This document shows positions 39,104 through 49,724 of a stretch of 49,724 nt of DNA, piece by piece (positions within the stretch are counted from its first letter, which is position 1; each line of letters starts with the position of its first letter). Source of the stretch: Octopus bimaculoides (lineage: Eukaryota); contig NC_069001.1 in NCBI RefSeq assembly GCF_001194135.2, forward strand, positions 884,306 through 934,029. Direction: 5' to 3'. A program made the position numbers and the translations under genes. The notes under the pieces were generated by a model. The model ran no database searches, was not told the DNA's origin, and worked only from the letters and a program-made list of their open reading frames with translations.

Positions 39104-40724
39104 GTAAAGAAATAAGTTGACATATTTTGACAGAATTTATTTCATAGATCATCATTATCCACCACCACTGCCACTATCCTCATCATCATCATCAACACCA
39201 CCACCACCACCATCATCATCATCTTTTACTGCCCATTGTCCATGCTGCTTATGAGTTGGATGGTTTGACAGGCTCGACTGGGTCTCAGGGCTACATCAAG
39301 CTGCACCTAAGTGTCTGCTTTGGTACGGTTTCTATGGCTGAATGCCTCTTCTAATGCCAATCGTGAACCAGGCGCTTGTCTTTGTGCCATCAACACTGGT
39401 GAGGGTTGCCCTGCAACGTGTGGGACTAAGAACCCCTNNNNNNNNNNNNNNNNNNNNNNNNNNNNNNNNNNNNNNNNNNNNNGGGGGGGGGGGGAGGAGC
39501 ACACAGTAGAGAGAAAGAAAGAGAGCGAGAGGCAGGTTTATGTTATGGGGTGACTTGTTAAAGTATGAGAAAAGGAGCCAGGACAGAACAGGTTTCTTGT
39601 TGTAGAGGGAGCTGCATGGCTATTGACATTCTAGAAGAGAGGGCAGGAGTGACCAGCCAAGAGCTGATAATAGAGGGGGGGGGACGAGGGATCACGATAT
39701 GGAGGTGATCAGAAGTTTATAGGAGTGTGTGGGTAGAGTTTGCGTTTGATTAGTGATGGGGGAACGGGTGAGGGGTTGAGTATTATGAATGAAGAACTAG
39801 TGTTGGGGGTGGGGGTGATAAGTGTCTGTAAAGGGAAGGTGGGGAAGAGCAGGTGATGAATGTAGAGACTGAGTGTTGGATGTAGTGATTGGTGGGTTAA
39901 GAGGTGGAGGTGGTCAGTGATTTGGAAATGGGGGAGAGCAGGGGATGACTGGCAGTGGAGAAAGCAGTGAGGTGCAACAGAATAGTTATACAGCAGACAT
40001 GTGCAGATGGCGCTACTGTATAGCACCAATTAATTTAGTCATTAATTAACTTTGTAGTCTGTTATTTCTAAAATATATGCTTAATATATATGTCTTTAAT
40101 AAAATACATATTTGAGAAAATATATTTTGTTAAAACAACACATTTAATGCATCTGGCATATTAAAAAGCCTTCACCTATCAAAGTCTTTTATATCAGATC
40201 AAGGTTGTTGTTTTTCTATTTGCTCAATCACTTAGTGTTAATGATGATAACGTTGATGATGATGATGAACAATCTCCCACATTTTTACTTAGTCACTCTA
40301 TCACAAACCTGGCTGTATCATTAAGAAGACAGGCAGGCATGGCTGTGTAGTTAAGGATGTGCAAGTATGACTATCTCATTAAGAAGGTGCAGGCATGGCT
40401 GTGTGGTTAAGAAGTTTATTTCCCAACCATGTGGTTTCAGGTTCGATCCCAGTGCAAACTTCTTAACTTCTTATTCCTAATTATACTTTCTGTTCTTCTC
40501 TGAAATTAAAACAAAAACAAACCCTGTAAATGTTCTGTTTCATAGCAATATAAGCATGTCTTGTTGTTTGCAGCTTGACAGGAACGGCATTCCTGTATAA
40601 TTGATGTGAAATGCATGGATCTGTACTATTGTCAGATTTGACCTGTATTTAATATTAGTCTATCGAAGGTTGTTAGCAAATTGGCAGACACTGCAGAAGG
40701 CCAGCACTAAACACCTTGTTGTGT

Positions 40725-40760
<36 letters not shown>

Positions 40761-40770
40761 NNNNNNNNNN

Positions 40771-40817
<47 letters not shown>

Positions 40818-42741
40818 TTAGGCTCATCTTGCTCCAGGGTTAATTAACTTTGTCTTTCATCCTGCTGAAGGTTGATAGAATGAGAACCAGTAATGTGTTG
40901 ATTGATTTAAATAAATGCCAACTTTGAGAGAGAGAGAGAGAGTATATGTGTGTGTGTGTGTGTGTACACACACACAACTGTCTGACAGCTGGTCACCTGA
41001 AACCCTGACTAACAGTTTGTGAAGTTTTTCTTCTGGCTTGCCGCTCCTCGGTCAAACTGTCCAACCCATGCCAGCATGGAAGGCGGACGTTAAACAATGA
41101 TGGTGATGATGATATGTATATAGGTGCAGGCATGGCTGTGTGGTAAGAAGTTACTTTCCAACCGCATGGTTTCAGGTTCAGTCCTGTCACACCTTGGCCA
41201 AATGCCTTCTATTATAGTCCTAAACTAAGCTGGTCAAAGTTTTGTGAGTGTATTTTGTAGATGGAAGCTGAAAGAAGCCTTTCGTGCACGTGTGTGTGTT
41301 ACTGTGTTCTTGTCTTAACTTCCTGTAACAGTTGTAAACGAGTGTCACCATCTTGCAAAGTGTTCTTCATTTCCGGTCTTTCATGAAGTTTGGCCTTGGG
41401 GGAAATACTACGTTACTTGGAAACAGATGAGGATTGGCAACAGGAAGAGCACCCTGTCGTAGAAACCATGCTAAAGCAGACACTCTTCTGGCTCAACAGT
41501 TCTTGTCAAACTGGCCAAAGCATGGCAGCATTGGAAGAAGGATGTTAAATGATGATGATGATGATGATGATGATGATATAGCCATTGGAATCGTGACAAA
41601 AACCAGAACTAAATAATTCAGTGTGATTGTGTCAGACAATCAGTTGCTGGTTGTGTCATGTTATTAACAGTGTGTCTGTACCAATCAGTTTGATGATCCT
41701 CGAATAATGAATAATTAGACTAACAGCAATTGATTGAAATGAATATTGTATGATGTCTTTTAGCAGAGGGAATACAACAAGAACAGCAGCAGAGTCTGGT
41801 CACATAACTTTGATTCTCTTACATCTGTTGTTGATGTTTAATTTCTTATTTTATGTCCAGTGTTATATAAACAGCCTGAGGATATGAAGTAGTAACTCTT
41901 GTCTAGTGACCAGTCCGAAGGTCATTGAATTACCAGAAAGGTGAAACGGTCAAGTTGGCTGAAATACCTTTGATCTGAGGTTTACTGTCGCCGGGACTAA
42001 ACAGCAACTCAATCTTCTGTAGGAACCAGTGAGAGAATTTCTGTACAGTTGTTATGCTTGCTAGAAATAGCAGCCAATATGCCCTTAATTCATCTTTTAC
42101 TTGTTTTAGTTATTGGATTGTGGCTATGTTGGGACATTGCTTTGAAGGGTTTTAGTGAAATAAATCAACCCCTGAACTTTTTAAGTATGGTGCTTATTCT
42201 ATCAATCTCTTTTTGCCATACTGCTAAGTTATGTGTGTGTGTGTACCGTTGTCTTAACATCACATGATGGTTATATATATATGCATCATTGTCATACAAG
42301 TGAGCTTTTCCAATATTCTGTGAGAAAAACCTGTCTGGCCATGGGAAAATATTACCTTGACTGGACGGTTGGCAACAGGAAGGACATCCAGCCATAGAAA
42401 ATCTGTCTCAACAAATTGCATCCACCTCATGCAAGCATGGGAAATCGACGTCAAATGATGACGATGATGATGATGATGGTGTTGTAATTGATGCATTTAG
42501 ATTTATGCAACATTGTCTTAGCCATGTTTCTTGAATTGGCACAAGGCCATGGAATCATATTAACATGGCTAATGTTATAAATCTGGATAAATTCCACTGC
42601 AGGAGATGCTTTACCATTCATTACTGACATAAACAAATAAGCAAAGTGGTTTGTGTGTGTGTGTGTGTACATATATGTATGTATCTTGTATTTGTATATG
42701 TGCATATATATTTTTATATGTGTGTATGCCTGTGTGTTTAT

Positions 42742-42776
<35 letters not shown>

Positions 42777-43416
42777 NNNNNNNNNNNNNNNNNNNNNNNN
42801 NNNNNNNNNNNNNNNNNNNNNNNNNNNNNNNNNNNNNNNNNNNNNNNNNNNNNNNNNNNNNNNNNNNNNNNNNNNNNNNNNNNNNNNNNNNNNNNNNNNN
42901 NNNNNNNNNNNNNNNNNNNNNNNNNNNNNNNNNNNNNNNNNNNNNNNNNNNNNNNNNNNNNNNNNNNNNNNNNNNNNNNNNNNNNNNNNNNNNNNNNNNN
43001 NNNNNNNNNNNNNNNNNNNNNNNNNNNNNNNNNNNNNNNNNNNNNNNNNNNNNNNNNNNNNNNNNNNNNNNNNNNNNNNNNNNNNNNNNNNNNNNNNNNN
43101 NNNNNNNNNNNNNNNNNNNNNNNNNNNNNNNNNNNNNNNNNNNNNNNNNNNNNNNNNNNNNNNNNNNNNNNNNNNNNNNNNNNNNNNNNNNNNNNNNNNN
43201 NNNNNNNNNNNNNNNNNNNNNNNNNNNNNNNNNNNNNNNNNNNNNNNNNNNNNNNNNNNNNNNNNNNNNNNNNNNNNNNNNNNNNNNNNNNNNNNNNNNN
43301 NNNNNNNNNNNNNNNNNNNNNNNNNNNNNNNNNNNNNNNNNNNNNNNNNNNNNNNNNNNNNNNNNNNNNNNNNNNNNNNNNNNNNNNNNNNNNNNNNNNN
43401 NNNNNNNNNNNNNNNN

Positions 43417-43585
43417 CTCTCTGAGTTGTTGGCGTTAGGAAGGGCATCCAGCTGTAGAAACTCTGCCAAATTTAGATTGGAGCCTGGTGTTGCCATCCGG
43501 TTTCACCAGTCCTCAGTCAAGTCGTCCAACCCATGCTAGCATGGAAAGCGGACGTTAAACGATGATGATGATGATGATGATGATC
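43417..43585 (+). mobile_element. young RTE tail (5' part lost in gap), nearly identical to 11281-11420 in opposite orientation
   Basis: Both give the same antisense peptide MATPGSNLNLAEFLQLDALPNAN in the ORF track. Confidence 0.85.
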
Positions 43586-43605
43586 CTCTTTGTCTTAGCT
43601 CTCCT

Positions 43606-43799
43606 GTGTGATCTTTCTGTCTGGCATTCGCCATGATAGATCGCTGACCACTACATTTATATCTTTTTCTCTCCTTGTTTTTTTCTGTTGAAGAGCATAG
43701 GCTCAAAACGTTAAAAACTTTCTCTATTCCCAAGTGTTATACTAATACATCCATTTGTTGTTTACACCACCTGTTTCGTCTGTTGTTTTTTTTGTAAAT
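43606..43799 (+). mobile_element. Penelope-like terminal-repeat remnant with hammerhead-like motif (43677-43718)
   Basis: ctgttgaagagcataggctcaaaacgttaaaaac; homologous to 1-235. Confidence 0.45.
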
Positions 43800-44168
43800 N
43801 NNNNNNNNNAGGCTTGTATGTGGACGTTAATATGACAAGAATAAAGTTTCTGAAAGGGATACAAATAAAGAAACTCAAAGGGTTGCTTTGTTCCAATGGT
43901 AGAACATCTGTCATGGTTACAGAAGACATGGGTTCAAGTCTTACCAGTAGCCTTTGACTTTTTTGCACCCAAAAGGGTTTTTTTTGACACAATATTTATA
44001 TGGTATTGTTTATGGCTAAATGTGTTTCATGTCCCATTCTTTCCAAAGCAGAGTTATTTTGTATTTTTCCAAAGTTTCTAGATTCTTATGTTGTCAGCAA
44101 CATGTGTGTGTATGTAATACACACACATGCTTGCACCTACATTTAAATTTTGTTTTCTGTTTTTTCAG

Positions 44169-44233
44169 GTGAAAAACCCAGCAAGCCCCTCATGAAGATG
44201 GCTGGAGTCTTTGATATCTGTAGATCAAAAGAT
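44169..44233 (+). CDS. HMCES: HMCES exon 5: (G)EKPSKPLMKMAGVFDICRSKD
   Basis: tttcag / gtatgt; 65 nt, phase 1 to 0; MAGVFD matches human LTMAGIFD. Confidence 0.92.
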
Positions 44234-44813
44234 GTATGTTTGTATTCTTCTTAAAATTTATTTCACCACCAATCACTAAAATATTAATCTCGTTCTTGTG
44301 TCACTCATTGAGCTTTGGGTCACAGGCACATTCTTTTTCTTTTTTTCCTTCTTGATTTGCAGGACTCAAAAGGCCAGTCAGCTAGTTTCCATGGTGAATA
44401 AGTGATTGAGACCACCACATTCTAATCACATGTCCACAGCACAAGTGTGTATGTTGGTATCTACTTTTCTTGATATCATGGGATAGTTATAGATGACCAT
44501 CATGGTCATACAAGCAGAGTCCATCATTTCTAATCTTCCATGGAAACATTTCTGGCCATGGGGAAATATTAGCTTAATTAGCAACACAAGGGGCATCTGG
44601 CCATAGAAAATCTTCCTGGAAGAATTCTGTTTGACCCATGCAAGCACAGAAAAGGGAACATTATGATTATTATATATCATAGATCTACTTGACTGGGCAT
44701 TGTGTGTGGGGGGGGGGAGTAAAACAGCAACTACTTGTATATCTGCTTTGTTTTGTTTTTTTATCTTTTATTAGTTTGTTTGTTCTACTTATTTGCTTCC
44801 GTTTATTTTGCAG

Positions 44814-44897
44814 GACAAAGACCAGGATCTCTATAGCTACACTGTAGTTACGGTGCCTGCATCTGCTGCCACAGCAGACATCCACCACAGAATGCCG
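44814..44897 (+). CDS. HMCES: HMCES exon 6: DKDQDLYSYTVVTVPASAATADIHHRMP
   Basis: ttttgcag / gtaaat; 84 nt, phase 0 to 0; LYSYT and DIHHRMP (His210/Arg212 equivalents). Confidence 0.96.
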
Positions 44898-46202
44898 GTA
44901 AATATTTGCTGTTTCATTTATTATTATTATTTATTATTTTTAAGAAGACCAGCAAGCTGGCAGAACTGTTGGCACACCAGGCAAAATTTTTAGTGGTGTT
45001 TCTTTCCATCTTTACATTTTATAGAAGACACTTTCTTGAAGATGGACCAAAACCATGTGGTTCCAAAGTGTGCTTCTTAACCACACAACCGTCCCTGGGC
45101 CTATATATTATTGTTAACGTTTTTTTAAATTTTTTTTTTTAGTCAAGAGGGGAAAGTAATGACCTTAGGGTCTCCTGGGACTTGTGAAAGGGAGAAGAAG
45201 GTATCCTGAAACCAGAGAATTAACTTGAATGCTTGCAACCGTGTAGACTCCGAGAGTTGTCTCCCTTTACTGATATTATTAACATAGCGTTAAGTTATTG
45301 TCCTTTTCTTGTTCTGTTTCCTTCAGCGTACACTGTATTTGATGGCGTAGATGATGACGCCCTTTTTTCCACCCCACAAAAAATGTCTCGAAAAAGCCAC
45401 TCTGGATCCTCTGAGGAGTTGGACCTACCATAAGTTTTATTTAGTACATCAATACACTGCTGAAATTGGAGGATATCTAATATTCCTGTGGGTTTTTTTT
45501 TTATGCCATCAAATACATTTCTTCCCAACTATGTTGTCTTGGGTTCTGTTCTGTGACAGATTTTCATTGCATTTTATCATGGGGGAAAGCATTCTCACTT
45601 AAGTCTCTTATTCTCTATCAAATGTGATGCTTTATTTCCATTATTTGGAATTAATTATACATTATCTCATAGTTTTGAGATTTCAGTGATGTGATTGTTT
45701 ATTTTTAGAATGACATTGTATGGTATGTGTGAGAGGCTGGATGTGGCCAGTTTGAACATAAAACAGGTTGAATATTTGGGCCAGATACCACCATTTTCAC
45801 TGCTAATGTGTTAAAACATTGGAAAGTCTTTGCATGTTCAAATACTCCTCAAACATATTTGAACTGATTTTAAGTCTGCACAATTTCCATAGATATTTTT
45901 CTTTCACAACACACACAGAGCATAGAACCAAGAATACTTCTGTGTGAATATTACTGGAGCACTTTTCTATAATTTGAGGTCTAAGAGAATTTTTTTTTTA
46001 TCACTGGTGGCAGAGGTGATGATGAAATATAAACACTGCTGACATTTTAAGAATTTTAAAACTTTTGAGAGAATGTGAAATAATGGATCTGAAAGCACAA
46101 TTTCAGCCCAACATTTACATGTTATTATTTATAGCTTTATGTGCTTCGAGATCCACTGTTCCAAAAATAACTTATCTATTTATTTATATCACACTCTTAT
46201 AG

Positions 46203-46268
46203 GCTATTCTCAGTACAGAGGAAGATGTTGAACAATGGCTGGATTTTGGAGCCGTTCCAATTAAGGAC
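46203..46268 (+). CDS. HMCES: HMCES exon 7: AILSTEEDVEQWLDFGAVPIKD
   Basis: cttatag / gtaagt; 66 nt, phase 0 to 0; AIL...EE...WLDFG motif. Confidence 0.95.
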
Positions 46269-46834
46269 GTAAGTTCTCTGACCATATTCTTCTTTGCTCT
46301 TAATTTCAGTCTTTTAATTGCACCACTTTGTTGTTTCTTGGAAAATTCTTTATTTTTGAAATTTAAATTTTGATCTTTCTACCTCAGAGTTAAATAGTCC
46401 TTGGGGCCTGGGGAGCAGAGTAAATGGTAACCAATAATTCACTTAAGAAATTATGCATCAGTGTAAATAATAATAATAAACATGATTTTTTTTTTTTTTT
46501 TCTATAATATGTGAAATTCAAGACTTTGTGTTCACTCTTGCTGGAAATATAAAATTCAGAATGGTCTTCTGGCTCAGCTGAAGATTGCAGTGGCATGAAA
46601 CTAGAGTTGCAAGACAAACTCACATATTTACTTACAATAAAATAAATGTGTGTGTGTGTGTGTATGTGTGTGCACAGGCATGGCTGTGTGGCAAGGACCC
46701 ATGTAGTTCTGAGTTCAGTCCCACAGCGTAACAACTGTCTTCTACTATAACCCAGGCCAAACAAAAATTTGTGAGTGGGTATATANNNNNNNNNNNNNNN
46801 NNNNNNNNNNNNNNNNNNNNNNNNNNNNNNNNNN

Positions 46835-46870
<36 letters not shown>

Positions 46871-47786
46871 TCTTTTAGACTCTCATCAGTACACAGACCA
46901 AATTTTTACAGAATTATCCACTTGGTTGAATGAAAAAAAAACATGCAGAAATACTTCACTTATAAGGTTATTTAAATAATTATTATTCTTTTTGTAATGT
47001 TTGAAATTCAAAACCTTTTCCTTGTGTATGCACTTGGTGGAAATTTGAAATTTTGGTTCATTTCATCCAATTTATAAAGAGTTGAATTTCTTTAGAATCC
47101 TTCAGTTTTTTTTGCACCAAAACATGCTGAATATCTTTTATGAGATTCTGGATTTGTTGGAACAAATAATTTTCAAAATTTGTAATGAGATATTTTTTTC
47201 CCCTCCACTGAACAAACCTGTTGGCAATTTTGCATCATTCCATCCAATTTAATGTCAAAATTTCTGGAGAATTATTTTCTTGGCTGCATCAAAACTTGCA
47301 GAAATAGCTTCAAAGATTCTGCACATGATAGTAAAGTTCATATTATTAAATGTATGGAAATACTTACCACTTAAACTGATGTAACAAACTTGCTTCCCAA
47401 CCATGCATCACCTTGGGCAAGCATCTTCGAATATAACACTTGTGGACATGCTTACAAAATCAAAAAACAACACCCATGACTTTCGGAAACCTTTTTCATT
47501 CTCAGAATTGCTGAAGCATGGAACAAACTACTTGCATCAGTAGCTGTAAAGAGACTACAGCCTTCAATACTTGCTGAAATTCACCAGCGATACACCTGAT
47601 GCCCTCCTCCCCATTTTTTTTTTTTAAATGACTCATTCACTGTTCACTTCCTGTGCATTATGCTGTGTACTGTTCATGCACTTTTGCCTGCTTTTTTTTG
47701 ATGAATTATTTTGGACCTGAGCACCGTATGCAATAAGTTCATTATTATATGTAAGTACATGATAATATTGTTTTTATTTGTAACAG

Positions 47787-47896
47787 GCTGTGAAGTTAAT
47801 CAAGCCACAGGAGTGCATTGATCTCTACCCCGTGTCTACTGTCGTCAATAACTCCCGCAACAACAGCCCTGAATGTGTTAAGCCACTGGACATGAA
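47787..47896 (+). CDS. HMCES: HMCES exon 8: AVKLIKPQECIDLYPVSTVVNNSRNNSPECVKPLDM(K)
   Basis: taacag / gtgagt; 110 nt, phase 0 to 2; VS..VNNSRNN.PEC motif ending the SRAP domain. Confidence 0.96.
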
Positions 47897-48303
47897 GTGA
47901 GTACTAACAACTTTCTTTTTTCAGTATCTGAAATGGTTAAGGCAACGAGCTGGCAGAAACATTCACACACCAGGCAAAATACTGAGCGGTATTTCGTCTG
48001 TCTTTACATTCTGAGGTCAACTTTGCCTTTCATCCTTTCAGAGTTGATAAATTAAGTACCAGTTGCATACTAANNNNNNNNNNAAGCCACTGGACATGAA
48101 GTGAGTACTAACAATTTTCTTTTTTCAGTATCTGTCTACCAATTCCACTCAGAATGTTTTAATCAGCCCAGAGCAGTAAAAGACACTTAGCCAAAGTGCC
48201 ATGCAGTGGAACTGAACCGAAAGCCATGTAGTGGAGAAAGAAACTGCTTAACCACTCAGCTATGCCTGCCACATGTCTTTAATATTTTCTTCCTTCTCTT
48301 CAG

Positions 48304-48457
48304 GAAACCAAAATCTGCCCTAGAGGCCTGGTTGAAGAAGATACCAAAGAAAGAACCGGCAGAGAGTAATCCAGCAAACTTCATAAAGAAGGAACCAAAA
48401 GAAGAAGAAGATGATGAGAGTGAAATACCAGCAAAGAAAATCAAACAAGAGGAATAA
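48304..48457 (+). CDS. HMCES: HMCES last coding exon: (K)KPKSALEAWLKKIPKKEP...EIPAKKIKQEE*
   Basis: Long pyrimidine tract plus cag; phase 2 matches exon 8; LE.WL motif as in the human C-terminal tail; TAA stop at 48455-48457. Confidence 0.92.
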
Positions 48458-48539
48458 GAACAGGAGGCATTTGAAGGGGAGGGGGGGGATTTTGGTTACA
48501 AATCTTGAAAGTTCAAGGGGCAAACAATAGAGATGTAGT

Positions 48540-48970
48540 ATTAGATCACAAATGTGGGATTTGTTTCAATAATAATAATAATAATATTCAATGTCAGCTG
48601 GCAAATGGGATATTGAAAAGAAAAAAATAGATTTTTACAGCAAACAATAGATTGTTTTTAGATATTCAGTGTTATATTATAAAGTATGTGGGGTCCTTTT
48701 AAAAAAAATAATAATATACGGTGTTAGATGTCAGACATGTGGAGGTTGTTTTAATGTTAGATATTGAACACAAAACATGTAGCTTTTTTTTATTTTTGTA
48801 AAAAGAATATACCATCTGAGATTTATAAACATGTGGGATTATTTCATGAATATTCAATATTACGGTTCAAACGTGAGATTTAAAAACAATTTCACATTTT
48901 TGTTTTTTTTTTACTAATATATTCAATGTTAAACATGTGGGAGTTCATTACTAATTTTCAATGTTACGTA
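48540..48970 (+). repeat. degenerate tandem repeat in the HMCES 3'UTR (~ATATTCAATGTTAGAT..AAACATGTGGGATT)
   Basis: About 8 recurrences of the catgtggga-like core (e.g. 48551, 48686, 48736, 48830, 48934) with ttcaatgtt.gat spacers. Confidence 0.6.
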
Positions 48971-49304
48971 TTAAACATTTTTTTTTTTTTTTTTAAAAAC
49001 ATTGCATGTTAATTAGCAAGAAACACATGAAGAACATTCTCAATTATTATTATTCAGAATTCAAACTTGTTTTGTTATATTTCTAAATTTTTTAACTTAT
49101 GTTAGCATGTTCATTTTGTTCCCCCCCTCCCCATCAATTCCATAGAGACAACAGCATTTCAAACTGACCACCATTCCCAGTTTTCATCCGGTGTTTACCA
49201 TTTTTTTGTTAATTCCCAACACATTTGGAACTTTATCTCAAAAGTGTATTTTGTTATTTTGTGGTTATTCATTAAATTTTGAGTCTTTTGTTTTTTACAA
49301 AAGA

Positions 49305-49310
49305 AATAAA
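49305..49310 (+). promoter_or_regulatory. candidate polyadenylation signal (AATAAA) for HMCES
   Basis: First clear AATAAA I noticed downstream of the stop; region is very AT-rich so a chance occurrence is likely. Confidence 0.25.
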
Positions 49311-49724
49311 AAAAACTTTTCAAAACAAGAGTCCATAGGTTCAATTCATGACAGATGGTTGGTGAGCAGTGGAAAATATATATATATTCATATACATACG
49401 TATACACAAAAGTAGTCTCTGTTATGTATATGTGTGTATATAGTAAGTACTGTCTCATGTCTCTGGTCTCGTATAGGGCCAGTCACGTGGTTTATTTGGC
49501 ATAGAAGTGTACAAGATAGCAACTTCATCCCCTGAACAGGATGCCTGTCCATTGCAGGGTCGCTCATTTACAGCTGAGCTGATTGGGGCAATGTGGAGTG
49601 GTTTTGCTAAGGAAAACAATGCACCACCCAGTCCAAGAATCAAAACCATCAACTTGCATATATATATACATACATACACACAAGTATATATATATATATA
49701 TATATATACATAGATACAAGTATA

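Noticed and set aside
45295-45528. Minus-strand 77-aa ORF as a nested antisense gene
   Set aside because: No recognisable homology; the plus-strand acceptor explains the segment better, though not excluded without expression data.

Overview
AT-rich, microsatellite- and SINE/LINE-dense eukaryotic DNA with several N-gaps. The repeat families and gene sequence point to an octopus (coleoid cephalopod) short-read assembly; this is an inference, not a database match. One protein-coding gene is well supported: HMCES (SRAP-domain abasic-site protein) on the + strand. Eight coding exons (25101-48457) join in one open frame with canonical GT-AG sites and consistent phases, totalling 1042 nt including the stop. 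The tiny first coding exon carrying Met1-Cys2 was not found and lies upstream or in a gap. Everything else is recognisable as 3' remnants of RTE-clade LINEs, several tRNA-headed SINE families, TTAA-flanked MITE-like elements, a mariner remnant, Penelope-like terminal repeats and simple repeats. Most interesting observations: (1) a genomic Lys (AAG) at the near-invariant DNA-binding Arg98-equivalent, which A-to-I editing could recode to Arg or Glu and which overlaps a cryptic GTAAGT donor; (2) a phase-consistent, possibly unannotated alternative splice path (44363-44393 to 45327-45433) that would replace the His/Arg catalytic half; (3) a tandem expansion of SUMO consensus motifs in exon 4; (4) inverted SINEs bracketing exons 2-3, which would form a stop-free 366-nt circle; (5) degenerate hammerhead-ribozyme-like motifs. 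All functional statements are hypotheses, and repeat boundaries are approximate.
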